A stretch of DNA of 64,000 nt, from assembly GCA_001661245.1 (NCBI GenBank), contig KV454011.1, forward strand, positions 1,714,041 to 1,778,040, written 5' to 3'. The notes beneath the pieces are model-generated. The model was given only the letters and a program-made list of their open reading frames with translations. It was not told the DNA's origin and did not search any database. This document shows, piece by piece, positions 23,266 through 32,294 of the stretch. Position 1 is the first letter of the stretch; every line of letters begins with the position of its first letter. The position numbers and the translations under genes are program-made. Source of the stretch: Pachysolen tannophilus NRRL Y-2460. Lineage: Eukaryota.

Positions 23266-24483
23266 TTACGAAGCATTTTTAAAGACCTTTTCAACAGCTT
23301 CAATAACTTTTGGATGCAAGTCTTTTGAAGCAGCAATGATACCTTTTGATTTCAAAGTTCTACCTTCTCCAAAGTTCAACTCATTGCCAAGCATATCACT
23401 AACGATACCTCCACTTTCTGTTATTAAGATATTTCCTGCAGCGTGGTCCCAAATTTTTTCCTCATATTCCATTGATTTTGGTAGTCTCAAATAGATATCA
23501 GCATCACCTTTGGATAAGCAGCAGTATTTCACTTGGGAATCAAATCTGACAGTATTTTTCTCTGTTGCGATATTCAATAGTTGTTTAATTTTCAATTGAA
23601 CATCATGAGAGGAATGACCTTTTTCAACACCTTCTACAATTTTAATTTTTGGTAAATCTTCAGCATTATCAAAATTGAATTGATTCATCTTAATTTTGAC
23701 TTGTTCATTTAATGGTTTCAAGTCTGCATATAAATCTTGGAAAAATGAACCATTATCTTTTAATGCTGTGAATAAACCACCTTTTTCAGAATTTTTTAAA
23801 AATATATTATGAGGTAAATTTGGACAACCAATGACACCCAATTTGACTTTACCATCTTCTATCAATGCTAAGCAAACAGCAAACTGATCACCTCTTATAA
23901 AACCTTTCGTTCCATCAATTGGATCCAATGCCCAGAATCTACCTTTTGGACCACCTTGATAATTACCAAAATCAATATACTTGACAATATCTTCTACAGA
24001 AGTTAATTTCCCTAAATTAGAATCATTTTCAGAATCTTCTTTTTGAATTTCTAAAATATTTGAAAGAATATCTTTTGCTAAAACTTCATCTTTAAGTATA
24101 TCTTTTGAATTTTCCTCTGCTACTATAAAATCATTTGGAAAATTTTTTTTAATAGAGTTAATTATAATTGCTTGTGCTGCAAAATCACCAACTGTAACAG
24201 GAGAATTATCACTTTTAACAATAGTCTCAGATGATGAAAGATGATCACTGATCTTCTTGGTTAAAATTGAAGCTCTTTTGACTGCTAATTGAGCTATTTC
24301 AATTTCTCTTGTATAATCTGAAAAATTGGTGATGGAAGTGGAAGTGGAAGTTGACATCTTGAAAAATGTACGTATTACTGGAACTTGAATAGAACAGTAG
24401 AAAGTTGGTGAAAACTTTAAATAACTCTTAAACAAAAATTGAATCAATGCCAATAAAATTCCAATTATTATCAATCTTCTCAT
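23266..24483 (-). CDS. MET22: 3'(2'),5'-bisphosphate nucleotidase (PAP phosphatase); second in-frame ATG at 24357
   Basis: KSDNSPVTVGDFAAQA, AEE, WALDPIDGTKGF, DSQVKY, YLRLP, EKIWDHAAG. Confidence 0.95.
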   Translation of the reverse strand: MRRLIIIGILLALIQFLFKSYLKFSPTFYCSIQVPVIRTFFKMSTSTSTSITNFSDYTREIEIAQLAVKRASILTKKISDHLSSSETIVKSDNSPVTVGDFAAQAIIINSIKKNFPNDFIVAEENSKDILKDEVLAKDILSNILEIQKEDSENDSNLGKLTSVEDIVKYIDFGNYQGGPKGRFWALDPIDGTKGFIRGDQFAVCLALIEDGKVKLGVIGCPNLPHNIFLKNSEKGGLFTALKDNGSFFQDLYADLKPLNEQVKIKMNQFNFDNAEDLPKIKIVEGVEKGHSSHDVQLKIKQLLNIATEKNTVRFDSQVKYCCLSKGDADIYLRLPKSMEYEEKIWDHAAGNILITESGGIVSDMLGNELNFGEGRTLKSKGIIAASKDLHPKVIEAVEKVFKNAS

Positions 24484-25361
24484 AAAAGAAAAAACAAACC
24501 CCTGATGAAGCTATTATCCATCAAGATAAATAATCATCTCTATCAATGACTGAAGAATTTTTCCAATTTCCAATCCAATTACTATGTAAATGCATTCTAG
24601 AAGTGACACCTGACACCAGTTCGAAAACCCATTTTCCAAGCTAACATGAAACCCCCATCATCAGAGCTGGAAACCACACACCACTCACAACACTTTAAAC
24701 CTATGCTCTTCTAGACTCAGACTACTTCTACTTCTACCTCTACGCTTTTCCATACTGCTCCATATCATCCACCTATTACTACTATCTTTATTCAATTCAA
24801 AATAATTGAATTGTGTCGTTATTTCTTTTGTCTTGTCACTGTTTTTCTGTGGTCGTGCGCGCGACAACCACAAAAATGTCACTTTTTTTCGATTTGATTT
24901 GTTATCTTCATTAAGGTGTGTTTCTCAAGGTATTATTATTAGTATATTTTAAGTTGATACTAAAATCATTTTGAGATTTGTAAATCATTTATTTTAACTT
25001 AGGAAAAAAAAAAAAAAAATTGGGGTACAATTTAGAAAAGAAGTTTAATTGTTGGGAAGAAGTAGATTTGAAGTTTAATTGAGTAAAAAAGAAAGAGGAA
25101 ATGAGTTTATCAACTGCGTTGGAGGAAAAATTAAATATATCCGGTGACGAGGAAAAACAGTTGTCGAAACAATCTGAAGAAGATTTAAGATTGCGTAAGG
25201 ATCAAAAAAAATTATGAAAATACTAATCTTTGTAGCATCATTCTCATTTCAATGCATATGTATATATAAAAACTAGGTTTAACTAAAAGACAAAAAACAA
25301 AAACAAAAAAAAATAATATATATATAAAAAAAATGTAAATGAATTTTTGTAAATTATTTAT

Positions 25362-25886
25362 TTACTCGCTATCGCTTGCAGATTCTTCACCAGCACCTTC
25401 ATCACCTTCCAACTGTTGATTTTGACCATCCAGAACTCCATCTGGAATATATTCCACCTCATTTGCGAATTCTGCATTTTCTAAAATATCTATTATCTTT
25501 TCATATTCCTCGTTATTTGAATCAACCAAATCAATTGGTTTCAAACCCAGTTTATTTTTTAATTTAGGATCCGCTCCTGCATCAACCAAAGTTTCAATTA
25601 TAAAACAACCATGCTCCGGTTCCTCTTTAGAATATTGTACAGCTACATGTAAAGGTGTGTTTCCCTCTATGGAATTTACTGGATCAACTTCTACACCTTC
25701 TTGGTCCAATATTATATCCATTACTTCATATGATCCATATTTAGATGCTAAATGCAACGAAGTATTCCCCAACAAATCCACACAGTTGTTTATAAGATCA
25801 GCTAAAACTTCATGATCACCAACTTCAGATATCAATTGTTCCATCAACTCAGTATTGTTAAGACGAGCAGCAGATAATAATTCGTT
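25362..25886 (-). CDS. Ankyrin-repeat protein, YGL242C-like; conserved coding region begins at 25886, 5' start unresolved
   Basis: NELLSAARLNNTELM...LGNTSLHLASKYGSYEVMDIILDQEGVEVDP..EGNTPLH.AV.YS.EEPEHG.FI...L...GADP, with an acidic tail, matching recalled S. cerevisiae YGL242C (neighbour of TAD1). The first ATG (25844) is downstream of the conserved first helix. Confidence 0.85.
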   Translation of the reverse strand, partial: NELLSAARLNNTELMEQLISEVGDHEVLADLINNCVDLLGNTSLHLASKYGSYEVMDIILDQEGVEVDPVNSIEGNTPLHVAVQYSKEEPEHGCFIIETLVDAGADPKLKNKLGLKPIDLVDSNNEEYEKIIDILENAEFANEVEYIPDGVLDGQNQQLEGDEGAGEESASDSE

Positions 25887-27245
25887 CTATAAATCTTGAA
25901 ACACGAAATCATCAACTCCTGTGCAAACCCAATTCCTTAATAATTCCCTTATATGGGTTTTAATTAATTCTCTATCTTTATTCATTTTTTTCCAAGAAAC
26001 ATAACTCAATTGTGATTTTTCTGTTTCATCAAGTAAATCTAAAGATTTTTTAACTAGAGCTTTTCTAGATAAGAAACTTTGACTTGATGGTTTAATAAAA
26101 TTTGATTTCTTGGAAAAAGTACCGTTTTTAACACCATTACACAAGACTTCAAATTTAGATGAAAAAATCATAACAAGACTTAAATTGGAAGGTACTATTT
26201 GTAAATTATCTTCTTTTATCAGTAATGATATTGGCTTGCAATATTTATAAGAGATTGTTGTTGGAATCACTTTTAATTGATGAAATTTATATTTTTTGGA
26301 ATTTTTAAAAATTTTTTGGGAAAATTCAATATCAATTCTATTTTTAAAACATCTATTGATACTTGATTCAACTATTTTATCTTGCGGTAAGATTATAAAA
26401 TCCAAATAACAATTATTTTCTAATAATACACTAGTGATGTTATTAGTTAATCCTAAAAATTGTTTTAAAGTGAGTTTATCTGAACAAGATTTACTCAAGG
26501 ATAATTCTGAATCTTTCCGACCAGGTTTAGTTCTTACTTGACCTAGTTTCCCAAAAAATTCTCTTCCTCTTAATATTTCACAATTATTTTTTTGCAATTT
26601 AAGTTTTTTCCTTGGAACCAGTTCTTCCCAAGGTAAACTATCTGATAAATTATGTTGAATAATTTCTGTAGAAGAATCACCACATGGAGGTTCACTTATA
26701 TATAGACAAAACTTTAAACCTTTCTTTATCCTGAATCTCCCATTACTTGCATCCCGTTCAATTAAAAAAGATTCATATTTATCAGGATCATGCTTCATTT
26801 GAGAAATTTCATCTATTATTATATAGTTTAAAGCCCGAAACGATAATATCTCTGAATGTAAATCATGTACAATCATCCCATTACTTTTAGATATAATCAC
26901 CTTATCAGGAACAGCCTTCACTCCAGTACACCAACACAAACACTTCAATTCATAAGAATCCAATTTCTCAACATCTTTAATATCTTCAGATCGTACCATT
27001 TCTGATGGCATCATTACTATCACACTCGATAACACAGTCCATTCTTTAACACCATTAGACCTAGTTATGGGCAACCCCGATTTTAACGATTTAGTCGCTT
27101 TTGCAAACTCCTCCAATACAAAACCAGCAACTTTATTTCCAAACACCACCTCATCCTTCTCATATACGGAATCAGACTCCGAAGACATAATAGAGCCTCC
27201 ACTCATCAGATCTTCCATCACAGATTCCATCATAGATTCCTTCAT
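25887..27245 (-). CDS. TAD1: tRNA-specific adenosine deaminase 1 (ADAT1)
   Basis: EWTVL, TGVKA.PD, HDLHSEIL, LYISEPPCGD, RTKPGR.DS, SKSCSDKL, and C-terminal W..T..DDF. Confidence 0.93.
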   Translation of the reverse strand: MKESMMESVMEDLMSGGSIMSSESDSVYEKDEVVFGNKVAGFVLEEFAKATKSLKSGLPITRSNGVKEWTVLSSVIVMMPSEMVRSEDIKDVEKLDSYELKCLCWCTGVKAVPDKVIISKSNGMIVHDLHSEILSFRALNYIIIDEISQMKHDPDKYESFLIERDASNGRFRIKKGLKFCLYISEPPCGDSSTEIIQHNLSDSLPWEELVPRKKLKLQKNNCEILRGREFFGKLGQVRTKPGRKDSELSLSKSCSDKLTLKQFLGLTNNITSVLLENNCYLDFIILPQDKIVESSINRCFKNRIDIEFSQKIFKNSKKYKFHQLKVIPTTISYKYCKPISLLIKEDNLQIVPSNLSLVMIFSSKFEVLCNGVKNGTFSKKSNFIKPSSQSFLSRKALVKKSLDLLDETEKSQLSYVSWKKMNKDRELIKTHIRELLRNWVCTGVDDFVFQDL

Positions 27246-27695
27246 AGCGCTGCAAAAAAATGTCGTTCCTGAAATATCATTTCTGACGGCAAAATTAAAT
27301 AAAAAAAAATTTTTGCTGCGTTTTAAAGATTAATTCAATTTGTAAGTAATTTCTATTTAAATACTTATATTTTAATTATTTATTTTAATAGTTGATATTT
27401 AATTAATCAGAGTATTAAAAAATTTCCATCTATCTGAGTTTCTTTTAAGTTAAGGTTGGAAATTTATATAATATATATAAATATATATTTATTATATATG
27501 TGTATTTATTGGTTGGCTGGATTTTTTTAATTTTTTTTAGTTTTGCTTTAATTTGGATTCATCCCTTGAATCTTAATAAAATAAAGTGAAATCGCCACAA
27601 AAGAGAAATTTTATAAATTATAATTATTTGATCAAATTTGAATTTTAGTTGAGCTAATAGATTCAAGTGGAAGAAGAAGAAGTAATAAGCAAATA

Positions 27696-28910
27696 ATGGT
27701 TTATTCTTCGGTGAATTTTACGTTTGGTGAAACAAGTGTTCCTTCGTCATCATTAGTTTCATCGGCAGATATGCTTCAACAGGTACTATCATCAAATTCC
27801 ACTGTTTCAGATGTGAATTTCAACCAAGAGAATTATGTACATCAATCTTCATTACTGGATATGAAACTTAAGAGGAAATATGAAGATGAGGATGAGCAAG
27901 AATGCATTCTTCAATCAAGAAGAAATCCAAATCATTTTAAAGTACGACAATCATTAAGTAATAGTTGTGGTAACAGCGCTAGTAACAATAACAATAACAA
28001 TAACAATAATAATAATAATTTCAAAATTAATAAGAAGTTTTCGTTAAAGAATCATCATAATCAGCATCATAATCAGCATCATAATCAGCATCATCATCAG
28101 TATTCAAAAAATTACAAAAAACAAAAAACACAACAAATAATTGGAGAAAAGTTGCCCTTAACCAGAATCATTGAAACTTTGGATCACCAGTCTTTACAAG
28201 ATTTGGTTCATAACTTGATTAATGCAAGACCAGATGTTAAAGATATACTTCAAGAAATGTCACCAAGAGTAACAGTAGATTCAACTTTAAAAATTTTAAG
28301 TAACAAAATGGATGATATCTTGAAGAATTTACCTTATAAAGTTGATCCTACTTCTGATTATTCATATTTAAGAGTTCAAAAACAAACAAGAGAATTTTTC
28401 AATTCTTTATCTGATTATGTTTTAAATTTCTTGGCTCCAATTGAAACAGATTTATCAATAACATTAAAATTTTTAACTGAATTTTTACTTGAAATTTTTA
28501 ATAAGTTGCCTATTTTCAAAAATTCTGAATTTACATTTTATTATAATTTGGCTTTAGAAAAATTGAATTTAATATTTTTTGATGCTTTAACGAAATTCTT
28601 AAACGCAAACAAGACAAATATCTTGATAATTATTAAAGATGATTGGTTATCTTCATTGAAAAGAATCAATGAATTAAATCATTATAAATTGCAACAAGTT
28701 TATGATTTTGTCAGAGCAGAAGTTGAATTGTACAATGAAAGAGGTTATTATTACAACTCTAATCAAGATGGTGAACATGAATCTGAATTTTCTGAAAATT
28801 CAAAATTAAAAGGTTTGAATAATTTGATAAATTTTTCAGAAAATAATAGTCCCTTAAATGGTTATCAAAACACAACTTCAACTGTTACAGATGGTGGTTA
28901 CTTACTTTAA
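27696..28910 (+). CDS. STS1: Nuclear proteasome tethering factor (Cut8/Sts1 family)
   Basis: KRK NLS, G..LPL.R.IETLD, LPY....SDYSYLRV. Contains Asn and HHNQ low-complexity tracts. Confidence 0.88.
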   Translation: MVYSSVNFTFGETSVPSSSLVSSADMLQQVLSSNSTVSDVNFNQENYVHQSSLLDMKLKRKYEDEDEQECILQSRRNPNHFKVRQSLSNSCGNSASNNNNNNNNNNNNFKINKKFSLKNHHNQHHNQHHNQHHHQYSKNYKKQKTQQIIGEKLPLTRIIETLDHQSLQDLVHNLINARPDVKDILQEMSPRVTVDSTLKILSNKMDDILKNLPYKVDPTSDYSYLRVQKQTREFFNSLSDYVLNFLAPIETDLSITLKFLTEFLLEIFNKLPIFKNSEFTFYYNLALEKLNLIFFDALTKFLNANKTNILIIIKDDWLSSLKRINELNHYKLQQVYDFVRAEVELYNERGYYYNSNQDGEHESEFSENSKLKGLNNLINFSENNSPLNGYQNTTSTVTDGGYLL

Positions 28911-29384
28911 ATTTGAAGTGTTTTTAATCCATGAAAATGCATAAATATATTTATATATATATATTAGTTTATATTCTCTCACTTTTTTTATGTTCAGTAA
29001 TAAAATTTGTGTCTTCTTTTAATGAACTTTCTATTAGATACGTAGCCTAGCACATTCATTCCCAATTTTAACATTACAACGACATAGAACTAACTAAACT
29101 TTATGTTAAATCCTATCCTGTCTTGGTCTACTCATTAGATAAAATAATTACATCTCATATCTTTATAGTGCAATTAAGATGAACAAGAATTGGCAGAATA
29201 TTCAACATTAAAATAGAAATCATTTAAAGCAGTCGAACGACATTACATTGTACATTTAGCTAATAAATTCATCAGTTTCGACTAGTGCTAGTTACTGTTA
29301 GATTTAGATCAAAGTTGTTTGGTAGAGTCTCTCAATTTTATATAGAATACGTAAAAGGAAAAGGGGGGTGCATGTTAAAGGACA

Positions 29385-29919
29385 ATGCCAGATCAAGAGA
29401 GATCTAAAATGGAGAGACTTTCATCTGTGGTACGTATTTAAGCTTCTGAGTAGCAAATATTTTGATCTTTGAGGGCAGACCGAAGTTGTAATCGTTTATA
29501 CTGACTATTTTTTTTTTTTGGCTTTTAATTTCTAGATTATACAATCGATTTTTAAAGGTGGTCTGTATGGAGCCCTAATCGCAATTCCTACAGATATTCT
29601 CTTACGTTGGAAATCACCTTCCTATAGATGGTTAGGAACGAGAGGCCGTATATTTTATTATACCATATGGATAGCAAGTTGTGCAAACTTTGCCACTGAG
29701 AAGGGAATATTGAGGTTTGAAAATATGATCAGATATGAAGATCAATTGAAAAAAGAAAAATTGATGGAACTTGCAGTTGAAAAGGGAGATTATGGACTTT
29801 ACGATGATGATGATTTTGTGAATGTTCAACATAAAGGCGGCAAGAAACAAAGGGACGATGTTGCGGCAGCAAGACCAAATAGGGATGAACTCATTACTAA
29901 AGGAGGGGGACATGTCTGA
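29385..29919 (+). CDS. RCF3: Respiratory supercomplex factor Rcf3-like (YBR255C-A); exon1 29385-29429, intron 29430-29535, exon2 29536-29919
   Basis: Largely missed by the ORF track. Exon2 reads IIQSIFKGGXYGALIAIPTDILLRWKSPSYRWLGTRGRIFYYTIWI...EKGILRFE..IRYEDQLKKEKLMELAVEKG, matching recalled Rcf3. GTACGT donor, TACTGAC branch 29499-29505, TAG acceptor, phase 0. Confidence 0.82.
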
Positions 29920-30125
29920 AAATAATGAAGCTCGTTTTTGCTTTCTTGTAGTGTCACATTTGATGAAACTTTCAAAATGATATTAATTTTTTATTTTATT
30001 TTATTTTCTTTTATCTTATTTTTTTTAATGAACATGAACTTATGCATAGAGTTATCTTATTTTTTGAATTTTATTTATCAACTTCAAATATGAAGTACAA
30101 AAAAAAAAAATATAGATTAAAAATA

Positions 30126-32054
30126 TTATGTTTCCTTTTTGATTTTACTAGCTTTTAATTTCTTCTTTAGCACATCATTGACAGCATCTTTGTTAAAGAT
30201 TTTATCATTAGTCTTTCTCTTCTTATTCAGGAAAGTATCTTCATCGCTTGCCTTGAGGTTAGATGGTGCCCATTCAGATTGTTGTACGTAATTGATTATA
30301 TTTCTGACCCTAGTATCTGTTTCTTCTTTACCAATTGGAGATGAACCTTGACGGATCATTCTCAATGATGTATCTTCCTCTGATGTTGGTGGTGACGAAA
30401 GATGGTTATTACTTATTGGGCCAATTTCATTTCCATTCTTTTGGAATAAAGATACCACAGAATTTTGTGTAGTGGAATTCAACAACGATAAGTCAGATGT
30501 CATTGAATGAGTAATTATTACAAAATTCTTATCTGAATAGCATATCAATTTGATGAACAAGGAGCCAGAAACTTCTTCAATTGAAATGAGTTCAAAATGT
30601 AATATTTTAAGATCAAATGAAACTTCCAAACGTTTAGGAGGTTGTGAAAAATCATGTATAAATACAATTAGACTTGTACCATTGTTGATAATTATCAAGT
30701 TATCTTTTATTTTTTGAACTAGTGGTGATTGGTTTTCATTCTTTTCCCCCTTATTATCGGTAAATCCAATTGTGAAGTTTAAAATGGGGAAGCTTGAAAT
30801 GATAATTGAAGGAGAACTTTCAAGTCGATCCACTGATAAATTCCATAAAAATAAAACTCTAGGCATTGATTTAGCTGTGCTTATCAATAAAGATCTATCT
30901 TCATTGAACTTGATATTGTTTATACCTAGCGATGTTAAACTCGATTTTTCCCACGATTTTTCTCTTGGTAACGAAAATAATCCTGATTTAATGCAAGTGA
31001 ATTCATTAGATTGAATGTGTTCTTCGAAAATTGTTGCACCATTATTACAATTGACTATTCCCCCATGCTGCAAAGTTGTGCTACCTAATGAATTATTGAC
31101 GTCCAAAATGATATTTATTTTTTCTTTTACATTACCTAACAGTATGATTTGTTCTCCTGACAGTTTTGAGACCCATTCAATACAAGTTATTATCGTAGCC
31201 TCAGACTCATGAAATTGTGATTTTTCCACAGAATATCCGCAATCCAAAAATTGTTTAGCAAGTCTTGGATCAAGAAATCCTAAAAAGTTATAAATGGCAA
31301 AGCTGTTCATAGTTATTGAATCAAAAATTAAAAAAGTTGGTGCTTTATTTGCTGTTGATGGAGAACTCTTGATAACATTATTTGAGGCTGAGATTGATAC
31401 ATCCTTAACATCAAAAGTGTTTATTATTTTAAAGCTCGTATGATCAGTTACCACAAAATTCATTAAATAGTTCTTATTTGTCTGATTTTTGATTTTTTTC
31501 CGAAATAATATAGAATAAAAATTTGAATTTGGATTTTTAATAATCTTTGATATGTATTTATTAATTGTATGGAAACAAACAGGTGATTCGTTGCTTTTAG
31601 ACAACGCATAAAGTTTTAAACTTATCCCGTGTTTGCTATAAACTGCTAAGAAATTATTGTCTTCATTGGATCTTGTTCCATCAGTATTTTCAAACCATTC
31701 AAAATCATCTATTTCCTCTATACTAGATTGAATAATAAATTGCTCTCGATTATTATTATGAATATCAATTATTTTCAACAAGTTATCACTTGGAAAAAAC
31801 AAAGCCACTTTAAAGCTCCTTGAGACCTTAATTTTGGTTATCACATTATTGTTGGACAATGATATTATCTTGAAAGTACCTAACGTTGAACTTGTCGATC
31901 TTATTATCAAGTTTCCGTTATTTATATAAATTGTGTATTTTTTATCAAAAGTCAATACTGGTTTAACATTATCTGAGTACGAAAAAAAATTTGAAATAGA
32001 ACCAACAGTATTGTTGTTCAATTGAAGCGACCCATAAGCTTGATTAACCACCAT
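30126..32054 (-). CDS. Divergent WD40 beta-propeller, WDR8/WRAP73-like (spindle pole body/MTOC anchoring)
   Basis: Ordered matches to recalled WRAP73 motifs: NLIIRS.STL, QIIXLGN..EKI.I, L.H...V....TIFEE, LGI..IKFN.D.SLL.S...SMP..LFLWN, and a late EDTF. Confidence 0.62.
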   Translation of the reverse strand: MVVNQAYGSLQLNNNTVGSISNFFSYSDNVKPVLTFDKKYTIYINNGNLIIRSTSSTLGTFKIISLSNNNVITKIKVSRSFKVALFFPSDNLLKIIDIHNNNREQFIIQSSIEEIDDFEWFENTDGTRSNEDNNFLAVYSKHGISLKLYALSKSNESPVCFHTINKYISKIIKNPNSNFYSILFRKKIKNQTNKNYLMNFVVTDHTSFKIINTFDVKDVSISASNNVIKSSPSTANKAPTFLIFDSITMNSFAIYNFLGFLDPRLAKQFLDCGYSVEKSQFHESEATIITCIEWVSKLSGEQIILLGNVKEKINIILDVNNSLGSTTLQHGGIVNCNNGATIFEEHIQSNEFTCIKSGLFSLPREKSWEKSSLTSLGINNIKFNEDRSLLISTAKSMPRVLFLWNLSVDRLESSPSIIISSFPILNFTIGFTDNKGEKNENQSPLVQKIKDNLIIINNGTSLIVFIHDFSQPPKRLEVSFDLKILHFELISIEEVSGSLFIKLICYSDKNFVIITHSMTSDLSLLNSTTQNSVVSLFQKNGNEIGPISNNHLSSPPTSEEDTSLRMIRQGSSPIGKEETDTRVRNIINYVQQSEWAPSNLKASDEDTFLNKKRKTNDKIFNKDAVNDVLKKKLKASKIKKET

Positions 32055-32223
32055 TCTGAGATTATGGTACCAATATTACAAACACCAGTGGATGATGGAC
32101 TTGTTTATAAATTCAATTTAATTCAATTCAAAAATATAAACAAAAGACGCATGATCTTCGCGCTGACACAATCTTGACTGGTGTCACTTACTGTGTCGCA
32201 CTTTGTGTCGCGTCTCTTAAAAT

Positions 32224-32294
32224 CGGACATGGGACATAAGAAAGCGGGACTTAGGACATTGGACATGGGACGTTGGACATCGGACATCGGACAC
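32224..32294. repeat. Degenerate heptamer tandem repeat (GGACATY)n
   Basis: About 9 copies of ggacat/ggacgt/ggactt, including ggacattggacatgggacgttggacatcggacatcggacac. Confidence 0.8.

Noticed and set aside
27342..27660. GTAAGT upstream of STS1 (possible 5' UTR intron)
   Set aside because: No convincing branch point, and the STS1 ORF is complete without it.
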